From: Planctomycetia bacterium
GTDB lineage: Bacteria > Planctomycetota > Planctomycetia > Gemmatales > HRBIN36
Assembly: GCA_016795155.1 (NCBI GenBank)
Contig: JAEUIE010000029.1
Coordinates: 129,212-193,211 of the forward strand
Length of the DNA: 64,000 bases
Direction of reading: 5' to 3'
The notes under the pieces are model-generated. The model made no database searches and was not told where the DNA came from. It saw nothing but the letters and a program-made list of their open reading frames with translations. The translations under genes and the position numbers were made by a program. Positions within the stretch are counted from its first letter, which is position 1; the number at the start of each line of letters is the position of its first letter. Below, piece after piece: positions 45,947 through 54,468 of this stretch.

Positions 45947-47353
45947 ATGTTTTTCCGACAACGCTTCATTCCTGGGCTGGCGATCTATTCCTACCTGATC
46001 GGCGATGAAAAGACTCGCGAATGTGCCGTCATCGACCCGGCACGTGATATCGATGCCTACTTTCAGATGGCTCACGAAGAAGGTATGCAGATCAATCACA
46101 TTCTCGAAACCCATGTTCATGCTGACTATGTTTCCGGCTCCGTCGAAGTCAAACACCGCACCGGTGGCAAAGCACAGATCCATGCCTCAGGCATGGGTGG
46201 CAAAGAATGGACACCACCCTATGCCGATCATGTGGTTAAGGATGGCGATGAAGTTGTCATGGGTTCCATTCGCATTAAAGCAATGCACACACCAGGGCAC
46301 ACACCAGAACATCTGGTCTGGCTGGTATTCGATCACACGCGCAGCCAGGATACTCCCTGGATGATGTTCTCCGGCGATTTCCTGTTTGTGGGTGATGTAG
46401 GCCGTCCCGATTTGCTCGGCGAAGAAGCCCGCAAACAACTCGCCAGCCAGCTCTACCAGAGCGTCTTCAAAACAATGCCTGCACTGGCAGACTTCACCGA
46501 GTTCTATCCTGGTCACGGTGCTGGTTCACTCTGTGGCAAAGCTCTCGGCACACGAGGCTCATCGACGCTCGGCTTCGAACGCCGTTTCAACGATGCTTTG
46601 AAAACATCGACCGAACAGGCCTGGATCAACCAGTTGCTCGAAGGCATGCCCACTGCGCCGCCTTACTTTCTCAAGATGAAAGCGGTCAATGCTGCCGGGC
46701 CGCAGGTACTGGGACACGAATGGCCCGGCCAACGCCGCTTGTCTGCCAAACAGTTTCAAATGCAGACCAGCAAAGGTGGATTGGTACTTGATCTGCGCAG
46801 CAAGGAAGCCTTTGCAGCGGCACATATTCCCAATGCCCTCAGCATTCCGCTGGCCAGTAATGTATCCTCGTGGGCAGGCTGGGTGGTCCCCTACGATCAG
46901 CCTCTGTACCTGGTGATGGAAGACATGAACAAAGTGCAGGAAGCCATCACACACCTGATCCGCATCGGGTTTGATAATATCCAAGGCACACTCGATGGTG
47001 GCATGGAAGCCTGGGAAAACGCAGGCCTGCCTGTAGCTACCTTATCCGTCCAAAGCGTTCACGATCTGCATCGACAACTGAAAAGCAAGGCTGGCGAGTT
47101 GACCGTGCTCGATGTCCGAACTCCTCGCGAATGGCAAAGCGGGCACATCGAAGGCGCACAGCACATTCATGCTGGCCTGTTGCAGAAGAATATCAATTCG
47201 ATTAATCGCAAGAAACCGGTTGCAGTGGTGTGTGGCACAGGCTACCGTGGTTCCATCGCAGGTTCCATTCTGCTTCGGGAAGGTTTGACCAACGTCACCA
47301 ATGTGCTAGGTGGCATGACAGCTTGGAAAGCTGCGGAGTTACCTGTCGTCTGA
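45947..47353 (+). CDS. MBL-fold metallo-hydrolase fused to two rhodanese domains (CstB/Blh-like persulfide dioxygenase-sulfurtransferase candidate)
   Basis: ATG 45947 (MFFRQRFIPG); the track ORF starts earlier. It has the metal motif ETHVHADYVSG and HTPGHTPEH. The C-terminal rhodanese has the active loop VVCGTGYRGS. Confidence 0.85.
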   Translation: MFFRQRFIPGLAIYSYLIGDEKTRECAVIDPARDIDAYFQMAHEEGMQINHILETHVHADYVSGSVEVKHRTGGKAQIHASGMGGKEWTPPYADHVVKDGDEVVMGSIRIKAMHTPGHTPEHLVWLVFDHTRSQDTPWMMFSGDFLFVGDVGRPDLLGEEARKQLASQLYQSVFKTMPALADFTEFYPGHGAGSLCGKALGTRGSSTLGFERRFNDALKTSTEQAWINQLLEGMPTAPPYFLKMKAVNAAGPQVLGHEWPGQRRLSAKQFQMQTSKGGLVLDLRSKEAFAAAHIPNALSIPLASNVSSWAGWVVPYDQPLYLVMEDMNKVQEAITHLIRIGFDNIQGTLDGGMEAWENAGLPVATLSVQSVHDLHRQLKSKAGELTVLDVRTPREWQSGHIEGAQHIHAGLLQKNINSINRKKPVAVVCGTGYRGSIAGSILLREGLTNVTNVLGGMTAWKAAELPVV

Positions 47354-47355
47354 AC

Positions 47356-48114
47356 TCAACTCTGCTGACTCAGGAGCTTGTTCCCTGCTTGTTCTTTCAG
47401 CATCACGCCGCTGTATTGTGCTTCACGCATGCGAATGGCCAGTTCCATGATCCGTTCAGCGGCTACTGCTGTTGGAATACCTTGGGCATGAATATTGGAT
47501 ATCAGGTTCCGCTGGGCATCGGTATGTCCTGCTTGTGGCCGGTATGCCAGGTAGGCGGAGAGAGAATCAGCATGAGCAAGCCCAGGGCGTTCGCCTATCA
47601 GCAATATTACCAATTCAGGGTTGAGTAGTCGGCCTATCTCGCTCATGATGCCTACTCTGCAGAAGCGAATGCAGAATGGTTTGCCTACTGACCAGGACAG
47701 GTCTTTTGCCTTGTCATGGAGAAGATCCAGCAGTTCAACTCCATGATGAATCACTGCTGCTGCTGATAGTCCATCCCCCAGAACAATCTGCAATGTGGGC
47801 GAGTTGGTACATTCTTTCTTGATGGTTTCTTGCGATTCGACATCGAATACCCTGCCGCGATCAGGTCGCATCAGGTATTCAGTTCGTGAACGTACCTGCG
47901 TAGTTACTCCGAACAATCCCCACCGTTGAAGACGCTCTTCGCCAATATCTCGTTTCAGATCGATGAACTGGTAAACCGCATCGCGTGCTGCAGCATGATC
48001 AGCACGCAGTTTCAATGCGGTGGCAGTTCGATATCCCAGTCCTGCACGGCCTGTGAATAACCGGGCTGAAGTGCATTGTAGCGTCTGATCAACTTCATCC
48101 AGTTCATGAGGCAT
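47356..48114 (-). CDS. eutC: Ethanolamine ammonia-lyase light subunit
   Basis: It aligns by eye with E. coli EutC (TGRAG...R, ISDGLS-like GDGLSAAAV, LLIGERPGL, ISNIH). Start chosen at ATG 48114, because the longer track ORF would overlap the permease gene by 80 nt. Confidence 0.85.
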   Translation of the reverse strand: MPHELDEVDQTLQCTSARLFTGRAGLGYRTATALKLRADHAAARDAVYQFIDLKRDIGEERLQRWGLFGVTTQVRSRTEYLMRPDRGRVFDVESQETIKKECTNSPTLQIVLGDGLSAAAVIHHGVELLDLLHDKAKDLSWSVGKPFCIRFCRVGIMSEIGRLLNPELVILLIGERPGLAHADSLSAYLAYRPQAGHTDAQRNLISNIHAQGIPTAVAAERIMELAIRMREAQYSGVMLKEQAGNKLLSQQS

Positions 48115-48130
48115 TACTTGGTTCGCGGCT

Positions 48131-49696
48131 TCATTCACTGGTTGTTCCCCTTGCTTCAACCGGCACATGTGTGGGCTCGTGAACAGCCACCTCGGCTGCA
48201 GTAATCGCATCCCGCTGTTGCTGAGTCAGTACTCCCACTGGTGGTCCGGGAAAATGATGGCGTGCAGCAAAGAACCAGTAGGCTCCCAGAAACAGCAGTA
48301 CACCGGGTACAACGATCGCTGCCTTATCATTTGGCGGCTGCATGCCAATGACGATAAGCCCGACGCACCACAAAATACTTACTAGCGCCAACGGTTTGAA
48401 CCAGCTTCCCAGATGCCAGGGGCCGAGAGTTTTCCAACGGTTACCAAGTGCGAGCATGCCAAGCACCGTGGGAAGAACATACGAAATGTAAAGGAAGATG
48501 ACACACACTGCGGTGATGGTCGAATAAATCGGTGTGTATGCCGTGAACCCGACTGCAACGGTTGCCACCAGCCAGATGGCAATTGCAGGCGTGCGAAATC
48601 GTGGCGAAACTGTGCGGATGGCTGATGAAAAGGGCAAACCACCATCACGTGCAAAGGCAAACGTCATTCTTGATGCCGAAGTTACTGTAGCCAATCCGCA
48701 TAAATATTGCGCAATCGTGATCCCGACACATAGCCAAGTTGCCAATGCAGAAGGCAACGCTTTCAAAAGCGTTCCGAAAAAGATCTTATCCCCTTGCTCA
48801 ATCGCCTGTGCTGGATCTTTCATGGCAAGAACCACAGCTATCAACATCACCCAGCCAAATAAGCCGGATACCAGCACCGAACGAACAATACCCCGAGGCA
48901 CATTTCGTGCTGCTCCAATCGTTTCTTCCGAAGCATGGGCCGATGCATCAAAGCCCGTGATGGTATATGCAGGCAACAGTAAGCCCAAGGCGAACAGCCA
49001 CAACTGCGATTCCGATTTCGGCCAGACCGGTGCATCTGCAGGCTGACCACTCATATTCGAGAAAGTAAACAGTCTGGAAACATCCCAGGTATCGCAACTG
49101 AAAAGCAGACAGGCGGTCAGTGCCAGTGAGATGATCAGTATCCAGTAGCCGCTGAAATCAGTCAGTATTCTGGTCACCCGCATGCCGAGGTGATTGAAAA
49201 CAGTCTGGGTGAGGGTGATGGCCAGGACGAGCGATAATTGAATCATGGGAGTGCAGGGCACTTCAGGCCAGAATGCTCCAAACATGAATTGAACGGTTCC
49301 AACATTAATCGCTGCCAGCACCGTGACCAGCCCAGCCAGGTTGAACCAGGCGGTCAGCCAACCCCAACCCCTTCCACCTAGAATGGCTGCCCAGTGATAG
49401 AGACCACCTGCTGTCGGGAAGGCTGATGCAATTTGACCCATGGTTAACGCCACAGCGAGCGAGAACAGACACGCCAGGGGCCAGCCAATACCTATCGCTG
49501 CTCCACCCACGCTGCCATAGCCGATATGGAATGAAGTCAGTCCGCCTGCCAGGATGCAGATGATCGACAAAGAGATTGCAAAGTTGGAAAAGCCATTCAG
49601 GCACCGCGCCAGTTCCTGAGCATATCCCAGTCGGTGCAGTATCTGAATATCCTCAGTAATTGTTGAAGAGGTCTTTTCTGGCGAAGAATTCTCCAT
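48131..49696 (-). CDS. APC-superfamily amino acid/amine permease
   Basis: 521 aa with about 12 hydrophobic segments and GQIASAFPTAGGLYHW, typical of APC permeases. It is located between eutB and eutC. Confidence 0.85.
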   Translation of the reverse strand: MENSSPEKTSSTITEDIQILHRLGYAQELARCLNGFSNFAISLSIICILAGGLTSFHIGYGSVGGAAIGIGWPLACLFSLAVALTMGQIASAFPTAGGLYHWAAILGGRGWGWLTAWFNLAGLVTVLAAINVGTVQFMFGAFWPEVPCTPMIQLSLVLAITLTQTVFNHLGMRVTRILTDFSGYWILIISLALTACLLFSCDTWDVSRLFTFSNMSGQPADAPVWPKSESQLWLFALGLLLPAYTITGFDASAHASEETIGAARNVPRGIVRSVLVSGLFGWVMLIAVVLAMKDPAQAIEQGDKIFFGTLLKALPSALATWLCVGITIAQYLCGLATVTSASRMTFAFARDGGLPFSSAIRTVSPRFRTPAIAIWLVATVAVGFTAYTPIYSTITAVCVIFLYISYVLPTVLGMLALGNRWKTLGPWHLGSWFKPLALVSILWCVGLIVIGMQPPNDKAAIVVPGVLLFLGAYWFFAARHHFPGPPVGVLTQQQRDAITAAEVAVHEPTHVPVEARGTTSE

Positions 49697-49709
49697 GCAC
49701 TTTTCCAGG

Positions 49710-51116
49710 TCAGAGTTTCAGTAATGTGTTGAACGATTGAAGTAACAACGGACGTGAATCAGTTGTCAATGGTGCCAGTCGGCCTTCTTGATAGATGCCT
49801 TGTGCTTCAAGCCAATTGTGAAATTCTGGGGCAGGCCGTAGCTGCAGCAGATCACGCACTTGCGCTGCATCATGATAACTGGTCGATTGATAATTCAACA
49901 TGATATCATCAGCACAGGGCACGCCCATGAAGTAATTGCAGCCCGCCAGCGCCAGCAGCATCATCAGGTTGTCAGCTGAGTTCTGATCTGCTTCCGCGTG
50001 ATTGGTGTAACAGACATCAACTCCCATGGGCAATCCCAGCAGTTTGCCCATGAAGTGATCTTCCAGGCCTGCCCGGATAATCTGTCTTTCATCGAACAGA
50101 TATTCAGGCCCGATAAATCCGACCACGCTGTTGACCAGAAACGGATCAAACAAGCGGGCAAGTCCATAGGCACGCGCTTCAAGCGTTAACTGATCGATGC
50201 CATGATGTGCATCAGCAGAGAGTGCGCTGCCCTGGCCGGTTTCAAAATACATCACTTGCTTGCCCAGCCAGGGGCCAGGCCTGTTTTGATGTGATTCCTG
50301 TGTACGTTGCTGCCCTTCGCGTAACATTTCCACAGTGATTCCGAAGCTTGCATTGGCGGCCTGTGTGCCCGCAATTGATTGAAAGAGCAGGTCCACCGGT
50401 GCGCCTTGCTCCAGGCATGCCAGTTGTGTTGTGATATGAGCCAGGCAGCACGCTTGTGTTGGAATGGCATAGTGAGAAATCAAGCGATCCAGTCCATGCA
50501 ATATGCTGGAAACCGTTTCTTTCGAATCAGTAGCCGGGTTGACGCCAATCACTGCATCGCCACAACCAAAGAGTAGTCCATCCAATGCTGAAAGCAGGAT
50601 TCCTTTGAGGTCATCCATGGGGTGATTGGGTTGTACACGGATACCTAGAACGCCATGCTCCCCCATCGTGTTTCGCAGGCGAGTCACGATACGAATCTTC
50701 GAGCTGACAGCAACCAGTTCCTGGTTAGACATCAACTTGGCAACAGCAGCAGCCATCTCCGGAGTAATTGCCCATGCTACCTCTTGCAGCTTCTGTGGCT
50801 CAGGGATCGATTCCAGCAGCCACTCTCGAAACTGACCCACTGTCAGGCTGCAGATTTCTGCAAAACGATTCTGATCATGGCTTTCCAGTATCAATCGAGA
50901 GACATCATCCCGATCAGGATCAATCACAGGCTGATCTGCGATTTCTTTCAGTGTTACATCCGACAAGGCACATTTGGCTGCAACTCGTTCCTGCTCGCTG
51001 CCTGCTGCCAGCCCTGCCAACTCATCGCCTGACTTGCGTTCATTGGCTTTGGCCAACAGCTCAGCGAGCGTGGCAAAGACAAACCGTTCTTGACGAACAA
51101 CATGGGAATAAGGCAT
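49710..51116 (-). CDS. eutB: Ethanolamine ammonia-lyase heavy subunit
   Basis: 468 aa, with size and sequence character matching EutB (FATLAELLAKANERKSGDELAG..., MGVDVCYTNH). Confidence 0.9.
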   Translation of the reverse strand: MPYSHVVRQERFVFATLAELLAKANERKSGDELAGLAAGSEQERVAAKCALSDVTLKEIADQPVIDPDRDDVSRLILESHDQNRFAEICSLTVGQFREWLLESIPEPQKLQEVAWAITPEMAAAVAKLMSNQELVAVSSKIRIVTRLRNTMGEHGVLGIRVQPNHPMDDLKGILLSALDGLLFGCGDAVIGVNPATDSKETVSSILHGLDRLISHYAIPTQACCLAHITTQLACLEQGAPVDLLFQSIAGTQAANASFGITVEMLREGQQRTQESHQNRPGPWLGKQVMYFETGQGSALSADAHHGIDQLTLEARAYGLARLFDPFLVNSVVGFIGPEYLFDERQIIRAGLEDHFMGKLLGLPMGVDVCYTNHAEADQNSADNLMMLLALAGCNYFMGVPCADDIMLNYQSTSYHDAAQVRDLLQLRPAPEFHNWLEAQGIYQEGRLAPLTTDSRPLLLQSFNTLLKL

Positions 51117-51258
51117 GTGGCAATGGAATAGACAGCAGTGTTCGTACCCAGTGTAACCAGAATTAGCTGTTACTGTTAACCCGATTAGCTGAAATCAAAT
51201 TGCTTTTTGACGACTCGATGGGTTTCATAGCATAGTGATAACTGTGGAGTTACATATT

Positions 51259-51999
51259 ATGAGCCAACCAACGCAGATCACTTTCGATCAACAGGGTGCG
51301 GTAGGTCACCTCGTTCTGAACCGACCCGATAAACGAAATGCCCAGACTCTGCAGATGTGGCGGGAACTTGCCGAGCTTGGCCAGCAACTCAGCACCAATC
51401 CCGGCGAACTGAAAGTCATCGTCGTCAGCGGGGCAGGGGGCTGCTTCTCCAGCGGCGTCGATACCTCCATCTTCACCACCGGCGAGCTGCTCTCCGGCAA
51501 TGTCGATGGCAGAGAAATACAGGCTGCCTTCTCCTGGCTGCGCTCCGATCGCTTCATCACCATTGCTGCCATCGAGAAATATGCCATTGGCGCCGGCCTG
51601 GAGATTGCCCTCTGGTGCGATATGCGATTGGCCGCCGAAGGCTCCATATTCGCTTTGCCTGAAGTAGAGTTCGGCATCATCCCCGATCTGGGTGGCTGTT
51701 CGCTGTTACCCGAAATCGTGGGCTATGGCCGCGCGATGGATTTGATCACCACCGCGAGAAAAATCGACGCTCAGGAAGCCCTCCGCTGGGGATTGCTCAA
51801 TGAAGTAGTTCCCAGTGCTGAACTGCAACAACGTGTAGATGTCTTGGTATCAGTGTTACTGAAACGCTCCGCCACGGTACTCCGGGGCGCCAAACGAGCC
51901 ACCCTGGCAACAGTACCCGATACCAGCAAGTCGCTGGGCGTATCCCTCGAAGTCATCCGTGGCTGCTTGATCGAGTTAGCGAACAGGATGAAAAGATGA
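51259..51999 (+). CDS. Enoyl-CoA hydratase/isomerase (crotonase) family protein
   Basis: ATG 51259; the track start is GTG 51235. It has VVSGAGGCFSSGVD and AIGAGLEIALWCDMRLA, which are oxyanion-hole motifs. Confidence 0.85.
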   Translation: MSQPTQITFDQQGAVGHLVLNRPDKRNAQTLQMWRELAELGQQLSTNPGELKVIVVSGAGGCFSSGVDTSIFTTGELLSGNVDGREIQAAFSWLRSDRFITIAAIEKYAIGAGLEIALWCDMRLAAEGSIFALPEVEFGIIPDLGGCSLLPEIVGYGRAMDLITTARKIDAQEALRWGLLNEVVPSAELQQRVDVLVSVLLKRSATVLRGAKRATLATVPDTSKSLGVSLEVIRGCLIELANRMKR

Positions 52000-52041
52000 C
52001 TTAGTTCAGTATTCCATTTCAGAATCTTTAAGGCGACAAAA

Positions 52042-52080
52042 AAGCAGCGAAGACCGAAAGTCTCCGCTGCTTATTTTTTT
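52042..52080. terminator. Bidirectional intrinsic terminator between convergent genes
   Basis: The stem is AAGCAGCG...CGCTGCTT with an inner GAC/GTC pairing. It is flanked by an A run (ACAAAAAA) and a T run (ATTTTTTT). Confidence 0.65.
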
Positions 52081-52090
52081 GTTCACTCTA

Positions 52091-52900
52091 TCAGGCAGCA
52101 ATTACTATCTTGCGACGGCGATAAAGGTTAAAGCCACCCAGGCAGATCATGCCCATACCAGCCAACACTACGCCAGCAGGAACGGGGACTTGAATGATGA
52201 AATTAGGATTCGTATCCCAGTAAATCTGATCTTGCCCAAGACGGTAATTCTTAGAACCATTGCTGTTCAGCTTATATGCATCCAAACCATGAATGTAATA
52301 ATTATTGAGGTAACCAGTGCCAGCATAGTAAGCAGCTAAATCGTTACCATACCCGGCAAGAATGGTAGTTGCTCCACTGATTAGATTATTGACATCCGAT
52401 ACAGCCAGACCACCAGGTATGTTCGCAAGTGGATTAATTAACCTCCAGATGGCGCCTTGTACAGAAGCCCAACCGTTAGTTGGGGTACCAGCATCATTGT
52501 AGTCATCACCTGTTCCAAATTTGTTACCATTTAAAACTTCATTGACCAGCACAGAGATCCTGCGTGCCGTCAATAACCCCATAGGCCCATTAGGAGTAGG
52601 GAGATTGGTTATATCATCCGTGGTGGTATACCAACCTGGATCAAGGATGGTGGTTGCAAGACTGATACAAAAAGTTTCAACCCGTCCACTACCTCCGTAA
52701 TTTCCATAGGTAGGTAGAGTCGGTGATCCACCAATTTGAGTAAAAGTGTATTTTCCTGCTGTCCCTACCTGACCTTGAACGCTTCTATGGTCCAAGTGCA
52801 CGTCACCTGCAGTCACATACGAGCTACTGATTAAAAAACCAGTAATCAGCAGAAGGCTTCTCAACCCTCCTGCACTCCATCCTCGAGCTTGCATAGCCAT
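52091..52900 (-). CDS. PEP-CTERM-type sorting-signal protein, secreted
   Basis: 269 aa with a signal peptide. The C-terminus VPVPAGVVLAGMGMICLGGFNLYRRRK is a PEP-CTERM-like motif, TM and basic tail. Its GC is lower than in the flanking genes. Confidence 0.65.
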   Translation of the reverse strand: MAMQARGWSAGGLRSLLLITGFLISSSYVTAGDVHLDHRSVQGQVGTAGKYTFTQIGGSPTLPTYGNYGGSGRVETFCISLATTILDPGWYTTTDDITNLPTPNGPMGLLTARRISVLVNEVLNGNKFGTGDDYNDAGTPTNGWASVQGAIWRLINPLANIPGGLAVSDVNNLISGATTILAGYGNDLAAYYAGTGYLNNYYIHGLDAYKLNSNGSKNYRLGQDQIYWDTNPNFIIQVPVPAGVVLAGMGMICLGGFNLYRRRKIVIAA

Positions 52901-53081
52901 CTCCTCTTGTTGTCTAAGAGTGTGTGGTTTTAGGCGATGTCACAAATTTACTGGCTTGAACCTACACAGTCAAACTTTTTCCGGAAAATTATTTTTGACT
53001 TCTTCTGATTATGAACTATGCATTTCAGGCTAATTGAACCTTTTACGAAGTCCTCAAAAAATGAGATTTAATGAGTCGTTC

Positions 53082-53780
53082 TCAACGAGGCAGCAATAAC
53101 ACAGCATTGTGACTGAACTGCGCGGTTTCTACATGTCCCGACTGCTTTTTATCCGCTGTGATCATATGCATATGAATGTTGGAATCATGATGCGTAAAAA
53201 CACCATGATGGCTGTCTGAGTAGAAGCCGAGCACTTGGCAGGCTGTTTTCTCCAGTGTGAATTTCACCTTGATAGCCTCATGTTTGGCTGGCGTGTGCGG
53301 ACTGTCATCGGTTTTGTTGACGATGTGAAACTGCAACTTGCCGGGCGTATCCCGGATTAGGAAAGGGAAAGGTCGATTCACCTGAATGCCCTGTTCCGCT
53401 GCGATTTTCCCCAGCCATGCTTCGAAAGTTTTTTCGTCGTTGACGGACTTCGGAAAAGGAATGGACTTCCATTCCTTCACGCTTGCATACACCAGGAAAC
53501 AGGCTTTGTGGTTGAGCGTTTCGCTGATGCTGATCTTCCTCTTATCAATCGAGGAAATGGAAGGAGTACTATCCCAGATGGTGACTTCGCCACGCAGATT
53601 TTCCAGCGGCCCCAATGCATACAGATGAGGCATCCTGGCCAGTTTCTGCAACTCGATAGTGCCAGTCAGGTCGCCTTCACGCATCACCTTGCGCATCTCG
53701 CCAACGTGATGCACTTCATAACCGGAGGTGCGGCTATCCTGCAGGAATACTGTCACTATTGAAAACAAGAGGAATGCCAT
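53082..53780 (-). CDS. Alpha-acetolactate decarboxylase-like protein with an N-terminal signal/anchor
   Basis: The C-terminal block VLGFYSDSHHGVFTHHDSNIHMHMITADKKQSGHVETAQF resembles the ALDC block IGFYTP...PGFHLHFIT.D...GGHVL. The N-terminal GDLTG...LGPLENLRGEVTIWD resembles the ALDC G.G....LDGE pattern. Confidence 0.55.
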   Translation of the reverse strand: MAFLLFSIVTVFLQDSRTSGYEVHHVGEMRKVMREGDLTGTIELQKLARMPHLYALGPLENLRGEVTIWDSTPSISSIDKRKISISETLNHKACFLVYASVKEWKSIPFPKSVNDEKTFEAWLGKIAAEQGIQVNRPFPFLIRDTPGKLQFHIVNKTDDSPHTPAKHEAIKVKFTLEKTACQVLGFYSDSHHGVFTHHDSNIHMHMITADKKQSGHVETAQFSHNAVLLLPR

Positions 53781-53824
53781 TCTGTATCCTTACTCGCGGG
53801 GTATAGATCAACCTGTGAAGATTG

Positions 53825-53856
53825 TAGTCATCTCGCTCCGCGAGATGACACGGTGA
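53825..53856. repeat. Left terminal inverted repeat / palindromic element (TAGTCATCTCGCTCCGCGAGATGACACGGTGA)
   Basis: It contains the 10-bp-stem hairpin GTCATCTCGC-TCC-GCGAGATGAC. The reverse complement of 54437..54468 matches at 30 of 32 positions. Confidence 0.7.
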
Positions 53857-53992
53857 CTTGTGCCCGTCTCGATACTTCCGATTCAACTGTAGACTTTTAT
53901 AGAGAGGCGATGTCGCTCATTGTTGTGTCATCCCTCGGAGTAGGCTGACTTTTGTTCAGTGATTTATCTGGCATGTCACTGGAACAATGCTG

Positions 53993-54433
53993 CTACTGAA
54001 TATTATCGTAAAACGGATCGGCCATTTCATGCAATTCCTGATCTCGTTCTTTTGTAATCATGTATGTATCCAAGTGTTCGTTTGAATTGAACATATTGCT
54101 AAAAGTGATTCCAATTAATTCCTCTACCAAATTTGAATCTGTACTTTCACCGAGGAAAATGCACAAGGCTATATTTACTCCGGATCCGTCGTCATAATCG
54201 ACTCTTGCAAGATAGGCACGACACTTGATGCTGTGCTTTGAGAATAGGTGAGCTATTTTGCTTGTAAATACTGTTTCGGCTACACCTTCCTGCGGGCCAA
54301 GAAATCTTACATGCCGTGCCTCGAAGTCAAAAAGATTATCGTCCCTATGTCCAAATTGATTCATGCTATCACTCATTTGGTCGCAGGTATCAACAGGTCT
54401 CCGGAGACCTGCATTCAAAACGCGTGTAAACAC
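53993..54433 (-). CDS. Hypothetical small cytoplasmic protein in a low-GC, repeat-flanked cassette
   Basis: 146-aa ORF, with a likely start at ATG 54376 (MSDSMNQFG...). Acidic, with no recognised domain. Confidence 0.5.
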   Translation of the reverse strand: MFTRVLNAGLRRPVDTCDQMSDSMNQFGHRDDNLFDFEARHVRFLGPQEGVAETVFTSKIAHLFSKHSIKCRAYLARVDYDDGSGVNIALCIFLGESTDSNLVEELIGITFSNMFNSNEHLDTYMITKERDQELHEMADPFYDNIQ

Positions 54434-54436
54434 TCA

Positions 54437-54468
54437 TCGCCGTGTCATCTCTCGGAGCGAGATGACTA
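54437..54468. repeat. Right terminal inverted repeat (inverted copy of 53825..53856)
   Basis: Its reverse complement, TAGTCATCTCGCTCCGAGAGATGACACGGCGA, differs from the left copy at 2 of 32 positions. It abuts the DUF1501 stop codon. Confidence 0.7.

Noticed and set aside
51117-51258. An AdoCbl riboswitch or other leader upstream of eutB.
   Set aside because: The divergent intergenic region is only ~140 nt and shows no B12-box-like sequence or extended pairing that I could find.
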